DNA of 62,943 nucleotides, filler included, from Choristocarpus tenellus KU-1152 (lineage: Eukaryota; Protista; Phaeophyceae), in assembly GCA_964200185.2 (NCBI GenBank). It is 10 parts of 10 records of this genome, joined end to end, with 100 filler letters (N's around TTAATTAATTAA, not from the genome) between each part and the next. Parts side by side here need not be neighbours in the genome. Positions count along the whole stretch, not along the records: positions 37,208 to 51,647 come from CAXNAD020001188.1; positions 51,748 to 55,135 come from CAXNAD020020377.1; 8 more parts are not named here. One strand, written 5' to 3'. The position numbers and the translations under genes were made by a program. Shown piece after piece: positions 40,978 through 51,857 of this stretch (its first letter is position 1; the number at the start of each line of letters is the position of its first letter). The notes under the pieces were generated by a model that worked only from the letters and a program-made list of their open reading frames with translations, did no database searches and was not told where the DNA came from.

Positions 40978-41439
40978 TATTACAACAGGCTCCAGAACTC
41001 ACCTCCACAGGATGTGTAACTCTAATCCAACGACCTCAAAACTACGCTACTGGGGCATTTCCACAATTGATTGCCACGTATAGGTGCCAGCTACTCTTCT
41101 CTAGATGACTCACTCAGTGCTTACCTCAATGCTTGACTTAATGTTTCAATCGAAAATGAAGAGTGGAGCAAGAGGTACTTTGGCGACTTCACAAATGATT
41201 ATTTAATCACTCACACAGTTCTACAGACTACAAGTAAAAAGACATCTGCAAACTGCTGTATACATAATCCAATCGTAATCCTTTATCCTGCAACTTTAAG
41301 GAATTTACGTTTCTTCCGTAAGGTTACGTATGCACTTCGAATCTTACTCTGCATCTTCTAAGAAATCAGCATTTATCCTTTAAGGCTACCTACGTGCTAC
41401 TGATCTCGTATACACTGCTAGCGCTATTCGCCTGTAACA
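40978..41439 (-). mobile_element. LTR family L copy with 4-bp TSD CTCT (solo LTR, or 3' LTR of the adjacent remnant)
   Basis: TATTACA...CTGTAACA, CTCT on both sides, homologous to 39120-39537 at both ends. Confidence 0.7.
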
Positions 41440-41897
41440 CTCTACCCCTACGTTAATCTCTAACTTCCAACCACTGTGATCAAGTTAAACACTAAATCAA
41501 GTTCTTGTATGCATCGAAATTCACCTCTCTCCTCCTAAACCCCCCTTTTAATATTGAGAGGGTACATCCAATGTTCTGGCATACGGGCTTCATCACATGT
41601 CTGCCCAGCCAACCCCCATTATTGTATATTCCCAGTGGGTGCACCAGCCATAAATAGAAAAAGACCAGGACAGACTTCATAGGACCCGTGAACCATTTTT
41701 CTAATCAACTACTCACACATCTCTACTTCAATTCCTCCCTACACTAACCCCAGCCTCCCATAAAGTATCTATGGGTTATGGAGGTATCATACAATCTGAG
41801 TATCCTATGCAATTGTTATCGGGTTCTACCACCCCATGCTGCACCCCCTACAATCTTTGCACCTAAGAGACTCTGGCTTCACGCACACTAGGTGTAT

Positions 41898-42201
41898 TGT
41901 TACAGGTCATTATGACCTTGAAGTTCTAGGTTTTATGTATTTGTACTTCTTGACTATTTATTTATCATTTGGTCATTATGGACCCCGGTTGTGGTAAGAC
42001 ACCGTTGACCAGTTCCTTTTTCTATACGATGATAATTGATACTTCTGGAGGGAATAATCCAAGTGAGAGATCCAGCATACTTGGCGACTTGTGCATCAGG
42101 ACTCCTGCATATGCATCAGTGCCATTTATAGGCCTGTGGACTAGAATTATACATCCCGTGGAGGTAAGCTATGGAGCGTGCTGTGACATGGAGGTCCTAC
42201 C
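41898..42201 (+). mobile_element. LTR family L 5' LTR with tRNA-Gln-like primer-binding site (42189-42201)
   Basis: ...GCTGTGACA is immediately followed by TGGAGGTCCTACC, complementary to a GGUAGGACCUCCA tRNA 3' end. Confidence 0.65.
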
Positions 42202-42748
42202 TTGTCTCTTCACCACAGATATGATGAGATCATCCAGGGCATTATTTCCTTTAATTATCAACCAATAAGACCTCACAATACTCTGTCGCCTTGGCGTCTT
42301 GCAGATGGTTGAACATAACATAGGTTGTACGCTAGTGTGGGCACTACAGCAACCTTCTTCATGATCACACTGTATTCCACTTCCTCGTCCTCTGAGATTA
42401 GTACCATCTTCATCTAGCCCTATCCAGTAACGTCATGTTCCTGTCCATCTCCGACAATCACCTCGTCTCCACTGTTATTCTTCTTCCAAACTCGTACACC
42501 AGTGAGAGGAATTCCTCATCGCTGTTCACTTGTTCCAATCAAGTCAACCTTTTACCCAGTCGATGGGCTTTCAGAATATATGGTTGGGGTTCATACCCAG
42601 GTCCAAGCTTGATAGACCATAACTCGTCTCGAACTAAAGTCTCTCATACAAATTACGAGGTTCATAAATACTTGCACAACGCGTCCATACTGGTTCTGGG
42701 TCCCATGTGCTCCATCACGATCTCCAGCACCATTCCCTTACAACCATT

Positions 42749-43004
42749 GAGTCAAAGTATCTTAGAGGGTAGAGCCGCGTCCGTTTGGGGTCAAAATCCA
42801 ATGTTGGGACTTTGATGTAAACTTGGCTATCGTGTTTATTAGGAAGTGTCAATATCCTTGTTCCAGACACGCCATTACATAACATATGCATTTTACCTGC
42901 TCCGAGACATTCGGAGTAGGAAAATGTAATGAAAAATCCGTGGTAAGTCAAGCTACAAACGGACAAGCAGGGCAAAACTAGTACACTCTAAGATGCTTTC
43001 ACTC
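42749..43004. mobile_element. MITE family A, TSD CATT
   Basis: TIRs plus a perfect 4-bp duplication inside gag. Confidence 0.9.
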
Positions 43005-43466
43005 CATTGAGAAGTGCCATTCTTCCCCTGTTCTAAATGTCCCACTTATCTGTGCTCCCTCGATCTGTTCCTTCCTGCAGCTGGTCTAGCTCCCCGCTGA
43101 ACGCACGCGATGTCCTGGTTATCGCTATAAAAGCTTGGAAACGAGTTTTCCATGCAATCCACTCTTCGGTCTCACCGTTCCGCACGGGTACCTCCAATCT
43201 GTACATATAGAATCCCTCCTCCTCTGCAAAGGCTGTGATTGCAACCTCTGTTTCACAATGAATAAGCGTATAATCGGATTAGGTCAAATGCAAACTGGCT
43301 CTGATGGTACTCTTTGACCTTCGGGACAGGCTCTCCCAAGGAAAACAAGGATGTCTATTGATCTATTTTGGGCCTAGTTGAATTGTAGATTTTCTTATGA
43401 AAGTGTACACTCTGATTTGGTCAAACGTGTACTGACTCTGACTGTGTATTTTGACTTCTGGAGATC

Positions 43467-43813
43467 CATCCCCTAAAGAACCAAGGAGATACGTCGATCA
43501 TTGTTGGAAACAACAGGTTAATTTGGAACTGGATTCGCTGTGTTGGAGATAATGGGCTATGGTTGGATTGGAGTCCCTGTGAAACCCATTTAGACTCCCA
43601 GTGTTGGAAACAGCTGGCTAATTTGGAACTGGAGTCCCTCTGTCATCCAATGGACACCAATACATGCTGTTGCAGCACAATCGAAGTGAGAGGCGATATC
43701 TATTTTCTTACCCCATGATAGTAGCCTGTGGTAAGTGTGAAGCATGTTTTCCTGGGGGGCATGTTACAGGCGATTAGCATGTCTGCTTTCGCACTCTAAC
43801 CAGTGTGAGCAGT
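43467..43813 (+). mobile_element. LTR family L 3' internal region, PPT and truncated 3' LTR
   Basis: Reverse complement homologue of 15090-15460. Confidence 0.7.
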
Positions 43814-44830
43814 CTTGCTATGACATTCCCTATTTTATGTGATTGTTAGACTATTGTGTCTATATTTTTTGAGACATTATTCTTGTGTCTTGCATTTGTT
43901 TGTGTTGTAGTTGTGAAGGGGGGCAGTCTTGCTGTGGCACTCCCTATTTTGATGATATAGTAAGACATTTGTCGTTATTTGTTTGTATGTTCATAGTTCC
44001 TAGGGAGGGTAAGCCTTTCCATGGCAAAACCCTATCTCTCTGTGACTGCGAGGCATTGTGTTGGTGTCCTGTAGTCGTTTGTGTTTGTAGTTCTGCAGGG
44101 GAGAGTCAGTTGGCAGTACCCTATTTCAGTGCTATCGTGATTTCGTGCCTATGTTCATTTATGTTGATAGTGTGAAAAGGGAGAGACTTTCAATGACCCT
44201 ACCCTATTTCAGTGTTTTTGTGATTTTGCGTCTATATTCATTTGTGTTTATAGTTGTGAAGGGGGAGAGTCTTGCTATGACACTCCTTACTTTTCTATTA
44301 TTTTGAGACATTTTTCTTAATTTGTTTATACGTTCTTAGTTGCTAGGGAGGCCAAGCCTTTCTACGGCAGCACCCTATTTTTGTTTGTATCTGTGAGACA
44401 TTATCTTGGTATCCTGTATGTAGTTGTTTGTGTTCGTAACTCTAAAGGGGGTCTGTGGCAGTGTCTTGTTTCAGTGCTATTGTGATTTTGTTCCTGTATT
44501 TATTTGTGTTGATAGTTGTGAAGGGGAGAATCTTGCTGTGACGCTCCCTATTTTAATTCTATTGTATAATACATTTGTCTTTATTAATTTATGCGTTCAT
44601 AGTTCCTAACGAAGATAAGTCTTTCAATCGCAGCACCCTATCTCTTTGTGACCATGAGACGTTGTCTTTGGTGTCCTGTAGCTTTTTGTGTTTACGTCAC
44701 CCAGAGGATTAATCGCACGAGTCGTTCCTAGGCGAGAGCAGAGTATAGTTCTGAAGTGGAGACTACTATGGTTTTGTGTCTGTGTTTGTGTTGATAGTGT
44801 TGAAGGGGTGGAGAATTCCTATGACAGCAA
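43808..44830. repeat. Diverged satellite of ~75-90-bp monomers in higher-order units
   Basis: Recurring TGTGTT..TAGTTGTGAAGGGG..TCTTGCT..CCCTATTT variants. Confidence 0.75.
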
Positions 44831-46446
44831 CCCAAAATTATTATTTTGAGAATTTCCCCGCCCCCTTTTATCCTTCTTCAAAATCTTGACCTTGAGATCT
44901 GCCTACTCGTCCTTAACTCCTCTCCCCCCCTGCCACTCATCTCTTGCTAACTTCACAACGATTGTTAGGACTGCTTCCAAGCCATACCCCGTTACCAAGT
45001 GTGATTCCAAGTTATCCGATCTTTAACCTTTTGTCTATCCTCTCTATCTTCTTTTCTTGTAATAACGTCACCACGTTTCCCTGTTTACGATGATGGTGAA
45101 TTCTCAAGTTCACAAAACTCTGATTATTTCACAAACCTTCCCTCTTCATCCCACTCCCCTTTGTCATGTAAGTGCCCAGGTTCAAACCCTGGGTGGACCA
45201 TGTCACAAGTCGTTTGGGGAAAAAGTACAATAAGTAGTATTGAAATGGAAAAAAAATAGTGGAGTGTAAGGCAGGGATAGGAAGGAAATGGAGAAGTTAT
45301 TCGTAGTGAAAGTAAGGAAGTAACAATAATATTAATCATAACAATCAAAGTAATCAAAATACTCACAATAATCAAAGGATGACAAAAATCAAAATGATCA
45401 AAATACTAATGTTATTCAACATTATCATAAACTAATAATAAGCATAATAAGAATAATATTAATCCTTATTGGATTTTCTCCCTGACACATCTGTATAATG
45501 TCAGAGAAGATAAAATTAAAGTGCCTTCTCACATTTTGTGGATGTATCAGGGTTCAAAAGCCAATTTGATATCATAAGAACTTTTGTAAAAGTAATAATT
45601 GTAGTAAATGTGAAAGATGTTTTTTATATCTATTTACTATTTCACTACAACCCTCCTAATCCTCATCGTAGTAATCATTTATATAGCAATAATATATATA
45701 ATAGTCATAATCATGATCTTTTTGTATGTGGTGAGAGAGAAGGTATTTTCAGAAGAAAATACCTTAGTTTGTATTTAGAATAGAGAAGTTAATAGTGCCA
45801 ACACGTCCATTTCTGTCTCCTTTTTTCTGCTGTCTTTTCCTTATTTTTTGTCCCATATATATCCTTTTTGTTTGTAATATGCTTCTATTATATGTAGTAT
45901 TAGAAAATTGATGAGAGAGATATATCTTTCGCATTTATCACAACTGTTACTTGTTCGAAAGTTCTCATATTGAATTAGGTTTTCATCAGTTTATCCCTTA
46001 ACATATCACCAAAGAATTGAAGAGCATAATAATATAATACGTAGCATTTTGAGGTCTTGATGGTATTTTATATACTTCTGTTCTTCCTTTATATATACAG
46101 TGAATGGAGTGTTAGCCTTTCTGTTTAGGGTCCAATACCAGTAATTTAGCAGTATTGAATCTTATGATATGCTTTAGTTATAAAAGAAGTGACAAATTAT
46201 CTCCTATATACCAGTTAATTCACAACATAAAGGTTCATAAATTTGATTGCTGAAAAAATCAAACTAGAAATGCCTAAGCCCAAAACAAGAAAAGTTTTTG
46301 AGGTAATATTCCAATTCTATGTTTCCCTTCGTAACTGTTGGATTGAGTTCTAAACAAGGATTGTGTGATACGACCCTCATCTCATAGCCACCCTCCCATA
46401 GTAACTAACTGAATCCTTGTTAAAAACCACTGTGCTCAGTACAACC

Positions 46447-49400
46447 ATGAGGGGGAGCAAGATTGGGACACTGCTGTGTCGAAGAGGAAACCTTTCATTG
46501 GTAGTGATCCTTCAAGGTTTCGGTATAGCTCTTCTCTGGGTGACCCTTGCAAGGCGAGGATCAGTCGCACCTCCACTTTTAACTTTGTCCAGGAGAGAGG
46601 ATGCAAACCAGCATGCTAGGTCCTCCCTTGGTGCCCTATCGGAGTCTGTGTCATCCGCTAAGCTATATTCATCACCACTAGGGGTTACTCAAAATCCACC
46701 CCTAGCAATTGATATAGGTCCTGATCCTACAAACAACACCTCTAATGGACCTGTTTCGTCGATTGTTGTGGGATCACCGGATTGCCCTGGGAAGCGTTTG
46801 GGACTTAAGTGGATGGATGAATTCCATGAGGATAACGGACCCTGTGGAAGGCAGGAGCTGCAGGCTTATCGCAACCGAACGGTAAGTCGCGAAGAAGCGA
46901 CAGTATTATCGCCCTCCACATTCTGACTTGGACATCGCACTGAATTATCGAATCGTATGCGGAACTTAAGGTTACCCTGTCCTTGTTCTGAGCGACTGAC
47001 TTAGTCAGCATTAAGATTTCCCTATGGTACTCACCTCTCTTCTTTTCTCTTATGAACCCATCGCGCGACATGGGATGGGCAAAATTTGTGCGAAGGACTT
47101 CCACTTCGTTGGGCTTGGGGTCCAGAAAGGGGGAACCACCACCCTTTTCCAGAGGATCGCGTCTCACCCTATGTCGTTCATCGGCATAAAAGAGGTGAGT
47201 GATAAGATCCTATCGATGTCAGGCTCTTGATCTTTGTTTGGCATTGCCTGCAAGAAGTGATTAAATGTAGAAGCATTACCAAGAGGGTTGAAGTCGCCAA
47301 AGCAGGCAGGTGGAATACCCTGATAGGGTAGTGTCATGTATCGAAGGGTGTGATGTAGTATGTGACTAGGAATAAGGATGCTTCAATCTCTCATGAGGGG
47401 GGGGCTAAGGGGTTGAGAATGCAGATTGAGTTATTTCGGTGAGCTTTCAGCTTTGCTACATGTTTGCAAATTGTAGCAAGAATCAGGCGAGGCGACGTTG
47501 TCATGGTTGCTTGAGTTTGGTGTATTGTACGCTCTCATGCCAAGTCCTTATGTAAGTTTCTGGTTCTACGCTTTTTTGTAGAACAATAAAATGTTCGTGC
47601 AGCTTCTTTGAGTACGCTATGAATATGAAAGTGGGCCCTTTGTTTATTGAGGTGCTTTCCTTGGCTTGTCTATATTTTCTAAGAACTGATACTACTTATC
47701 TACTACAGAATTTTTACCACAGACGAGGTTAGAGACAGGACACATTCCCATATCATATCACATATTAAAAGCTTGTTCATGTTCGCATTGTTGATGCTAC
47801 AGAAGTTGCACACGTTAATTGAAATGGAGAAGGTAATCTTCGTATATATTATGGGCTTGTCTCCTCATTTTAACACCATCCCTTGTAACTTTGTTGATAG
47901 TCAACAGCCAAAAAATATGCCAAGTGAGGAGTTATACTTACAGATGATTTCAACAAATTTGACAAGATTAATTGAGTGGGGTGGTTACATTGTATTCCTT
48001 GTGTAGAATGGAGTCAGGTAGGACCTTTCAATAGTCGCAAGACACCAATGACAATTTTATTTTGTCCCTGCCAAGCCCCTACCAAGCAAAGGATTGCCTA
48101 ACACCTTGGTGTGTGCATATGCCAACAATATAGTGATGTTCTGACATGGTCGACAATAATGCTATTCAAGATGTGATTGCATGGAACGGTTATGGACTTA
48201 CACAAAAGGTCACTTAATATAGCTACTTGGTCTTGGACTGGTACTGTTGGATATGGGTATGAACAAGATGTAGCACTATAAAGATCAAGCGTGTTTTGAT
48301 TAGGATTAAGAGTGCACTATCAATCAATCGTTATGCAATAATTTGTAAATTGTACCACGTAGTGAACCTGGTTAGCAATCCCTTGTATCATCTTTGAAAT
48401 GCCTTTTTGCAGGTAGGAATACTGTATCCACATTGCACAGAGTAAGCACTAGTGTCCACCAGTCTCCATTGACTCATTTGTTCTAGTTCTCTGTAGCTCA
48501 AACATCGATTGAGATGGCAACTCTCCCTTGTGACGCGTGTCCCATACCAATTCACCCGTGGTTCACTTGTTGCCTTTCCTATTTGGGAACATTTTCATAT
48601 CTTGTACACCTCCAATTATTTATTTTGGAGTAATTTTCTCATTCAGGATTGTGGAGTAATACTGCACTATTTGGTACTATGATATTTCGCTACTTGTTTG
48701 AGGACTGTTCTGAATCCTGCCAATTGTGGTGGGTAAAGGATTTCCTCTCAAAGTATGCCTCAGGCAGAACCCTTGGCCTAACCGACCACATTGTCCCACA
48801 CTCAAGTACTTGCAGAATATACACCTTCCTATCACACCCTTGACCCAAAAAATAGAATGGATTTGAAAGTGATCATTCTCTGGGGGTTTGTCGGCATACT
48901 GTGTGCAGATGAAGTTCTTCCTGGACTCCTCAGTGGATAAAATGTCACCATCCAAGGCAAAAAAACAGTTCTTTGTGAAGCATTGGTGGTCGGTTGAGGA
49001 AGTGGATCAGGTGAGACGTCAAGAGGGTGATGTGTAATGAGTCTTCTTATGGAGTCAAAGTATCTTAGAGAGTAGATCCGTGTCCATTTGGGGACCAAAA
49101 TCCAATGTTGCGATTTTGATGTATTTTTGGCTCTATCGTGTTTGTTAGGAAGTGTCAATATACTTGTTCCCGACACACCTTTTCATAACGTACACATTAT
49201 ACCTACTACAAAACATTTCTGGGTAGGAAAATGTCATAAAAAAAACAACAGGGAAGCCAAGTCCCAAATGGACAAACAGGGCAAACCTCGTACCCTCTAA
49301 GATACTTTCACACATGGTGAACCAAGATCTAGGTTGATAAAAGGGAACTCTTCATCTATGCACTGCACTTATTGTGAAATCCAGTCTTCCAGGATATGGT

Positions 49401-51585
49401 GATGTGGGTAAAGAAGAGTTGAGGTGGAACTCTCATTAAGGGGTATGGGTATCATCCTGCTTAGGCTACATGTGGATAAGGGGTCGAAACAAATCCTTTT
49501 GCCACCAGTTGTAAGGCTCAGCATCGTGCAACCCCACCGGTTTGAACCACCATGAACCACAAACATATCCTATGAGTCCAGTGTATATCAGTATTCCAAT
49601 GAGAGAGGCTTTGTGTTATGAAGAGGCAACCATTGTGCAAATATGCTAACAAGGAAAGCCCAAAAAGTAGAAATGCCCTCCTTATTCTGATTGTGTACCC
49701 TATTGCATGCTGTATTGTGAGTCAAAGGTGCTACTGAGTGAAATTATCTTATGAGAGATGTTGCAGTCTCATCTTGCCCTTGCTCTTCCATCTCGTGTGC
49801 GATGTCATTTTGAATGGGAAGGGTATGAGGAGGGGAGAGATTACTCCTGAGTACCAGGCTCAGCCATCAGCAGCCCTCCGAGTCCACAATGTTTTGGGGG
49901 GTCCTCTCCGTTTTATTGTTATGCTCCGTGAGCCCATTGCCAGGGCCTACAGCTTCTACCAGATGCAGAGGCGACTGGGAAATCCTAAAAAGAAGATCAA
50001 AGAGACGTTTGAGCTCACCATTGAGAAAGAGTATTTGTTACTCCAAGAGTGCATAGCGATAGCAAGGGAGGGGAAGAGTGAGCCATCGGAGGCAGGAACT
50101 GGGGCAAAGGAAGTTGAGGCGGGGGTAGAGGGTGTAGAGGGCAAAAGGGCCCTCAAAGGAAAAGAGGGACGGAAAGGGGAAGGGGGAGGGGGACGGGGGA
50201 CAGAGGAGAGCGTCATGGGCATGAGGAATACGTTAGGGGATGAATTTCAGATGCAATGGGAAGGAGTGGAAGATTTAAATTGGTATCGAGACTGTTACCT
50301 CCCCAGGTGAGAGGAAGGGGGGGGATTGGGGGTTTGGCACTTTGTGGTTCTATGTCATCAATTGGGTACATCATCATTGTAAGAATTTGTGGCTTTAGCA
50401 GAAAAGGTTACTTCCTTGTGATTAATTTTTGGTGTTAACCTGATGTCTTGCCAACGCTCAATTTACATGCAAGCTAGTCCAGTCAAGAATGTCAACACAT
50501 ATTTCATCGCAATAGGGAAATACATGAGATATTTACGTGCTCCAATAATAAATTGTGTTGTGGTTGCTCTCTTGGCAGCACTGCCATCTTCAAATGCCAT
50601 ACAGGGTAACAGTTCCTGATCAAATAGTACATGTATGAAGAAGAAAATGCACCAACTGTTGTAGTTTCAAAAGTTTTGTGTAGTCATCTCCTAGCTACGG
50701 AAGCAGTGTGTAATCACTACTGGGTGCCAGTTTCTTTTTGTGTAGTCACCATGATGAGTCTACAGTACAGTACTACATCCTGGATTGCTATTAAACCCTT
50801 TTGTTGCAGGCCAGCACAGTTGGAACCAATGATCATAATTTGAATTCTACATACAATATTTCATCGCACTGACCTATACAATCCCTTGTCAATGTCCTGG
50901 TCATTCCCCTATCCTAGCCCTTACGCTGAACAGCCCTCAAACCCATCTGTTGAGTCCATACCACCCTAACCCATTCTCCACCTTGATGTTGCTACCCTGC
51001 AATCCGCAATTATTGCAGGTACAGGGATGAGGGATCCGCCAAGCCAGGGAGTGGCACGGTTGGTCCTCTAGGATATGGTTTTTACTTCATTCACCTCTAC
51101 CACTGGTTTCAGGTGCGTTTGTGTGCAATGGGGCTGGCATTGCTCCTACTGCGTTGATCATGACAGTCCTCTCTGCGCGAGTCTGCTCAACCCGATGTTA
51201 TGTGGCAGATACATCTTGCCACATCTACTTCCTCTTGAAGTACTTCTGGATTAACCTGCCCTTGCTGTCATTTCTAGCATGTCCAAGTAGACATTCCCGA
51301 AACAATAACACATAGCCCACCCACTTATTATACGCCTATTCCCCACTCCTCCCTCTTATCTCATAAATTTTGTCCTGTAACATGGAAATCGTTGACAATG
51401 TCATTTCCGTCTCTGCCCCCTTGAAGGTGCACCCTCCTTGCTCGTTCATGATCCTGGAGCAGAATGAGTTAAATATACCAGGGACGGACCAATGCCTCTG
51501 GAGATTCCTAGATGCTCATCCGTTCAATTTCACTGTCCCTGGAGAGCAGAAAAACTTTGCAGGGAAGGATGGGGAATGGATGCAG
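46447..51585 (+). CDS. Type II membrane (Golgi) PAPS-dependent carbohydrate sulfotransferase, HS3ST/NDST-like; exons 46447-46881, 47096-47194, 47709-47727(?), 48647-48732, 49822-50306, ~51019-51112, 51427-51585; 3'-truncated
   Basis: N-terminal TM helix; 5'-PSB GVQKGGTT..ASHP..KE; GEITPEY; 3'-PB IVMLREPIARAYSFY; GFYFIHLYHWF; WRFL. The phase of exon 6 is unresolved. Confidence 0.88.
49052..49313. mobile_element. MITE family A, TSD ATG
   Basis: TIRs; located in a sulfotransferase intron. Confidence 0.9.
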
Positions 51586-51857
51586 GTGTGAGATGAAATG
51601 CCCTGTACTATGTAACTTTTCCTGGTGTAACCCCCCCCCCCCAGATANNNNNNNNNNNNNNNNNNNNNNNNNNNNNNNNNNNNNNNNNNNNTTAATTAAT
51701 TAANNNNNNNNNNNNNNNNNNNNNNNNNNNNNNNNNNNNNNNNNNNNTGAAAAAATTGACCCCAAATGGACAGCCGCCACCCCCTCCCAGATACTTTGAG
51801 CCAAATACTTGTTGGGAGCATGGTGTACACAAGAGGGAATACCCATATTGAACTCAC

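Larger units (their letters stand above)
41470..43207 (-). mobile_element. Decayed Copia remnants: gag (43207-42400) and RNase H (41890-41470)
   Basis: VPVRNGETEEWIAWKTRFQAFI...LLNGCKGMVLEIV...ELWSIKL..YILKA (frame restored on removing the MITE plus one TSD); IGYSD and MAGAP remnants. Confidence 0.65.

Noticed and set aside
45160-45200. tRNA gene (perfect T-arm CCAGG-TTCAAAC-CCTGG then GTGGACCA)
   Set aside because: No 5' acceptor strand or D-arm upstream; at most a tRNA or SINE 3' fragment
2792-49300. Recurring short ORFs such as MLGSVNILVPDTPF and KYLRGYEF
   Set aside because: They are chance frames inside MITE family A copies
2915-49313. MITEs acting as introner elements
   Set aside because: No copy forms a whole intron; all lie inside larger introns, dead retroelements or intergenic DNA
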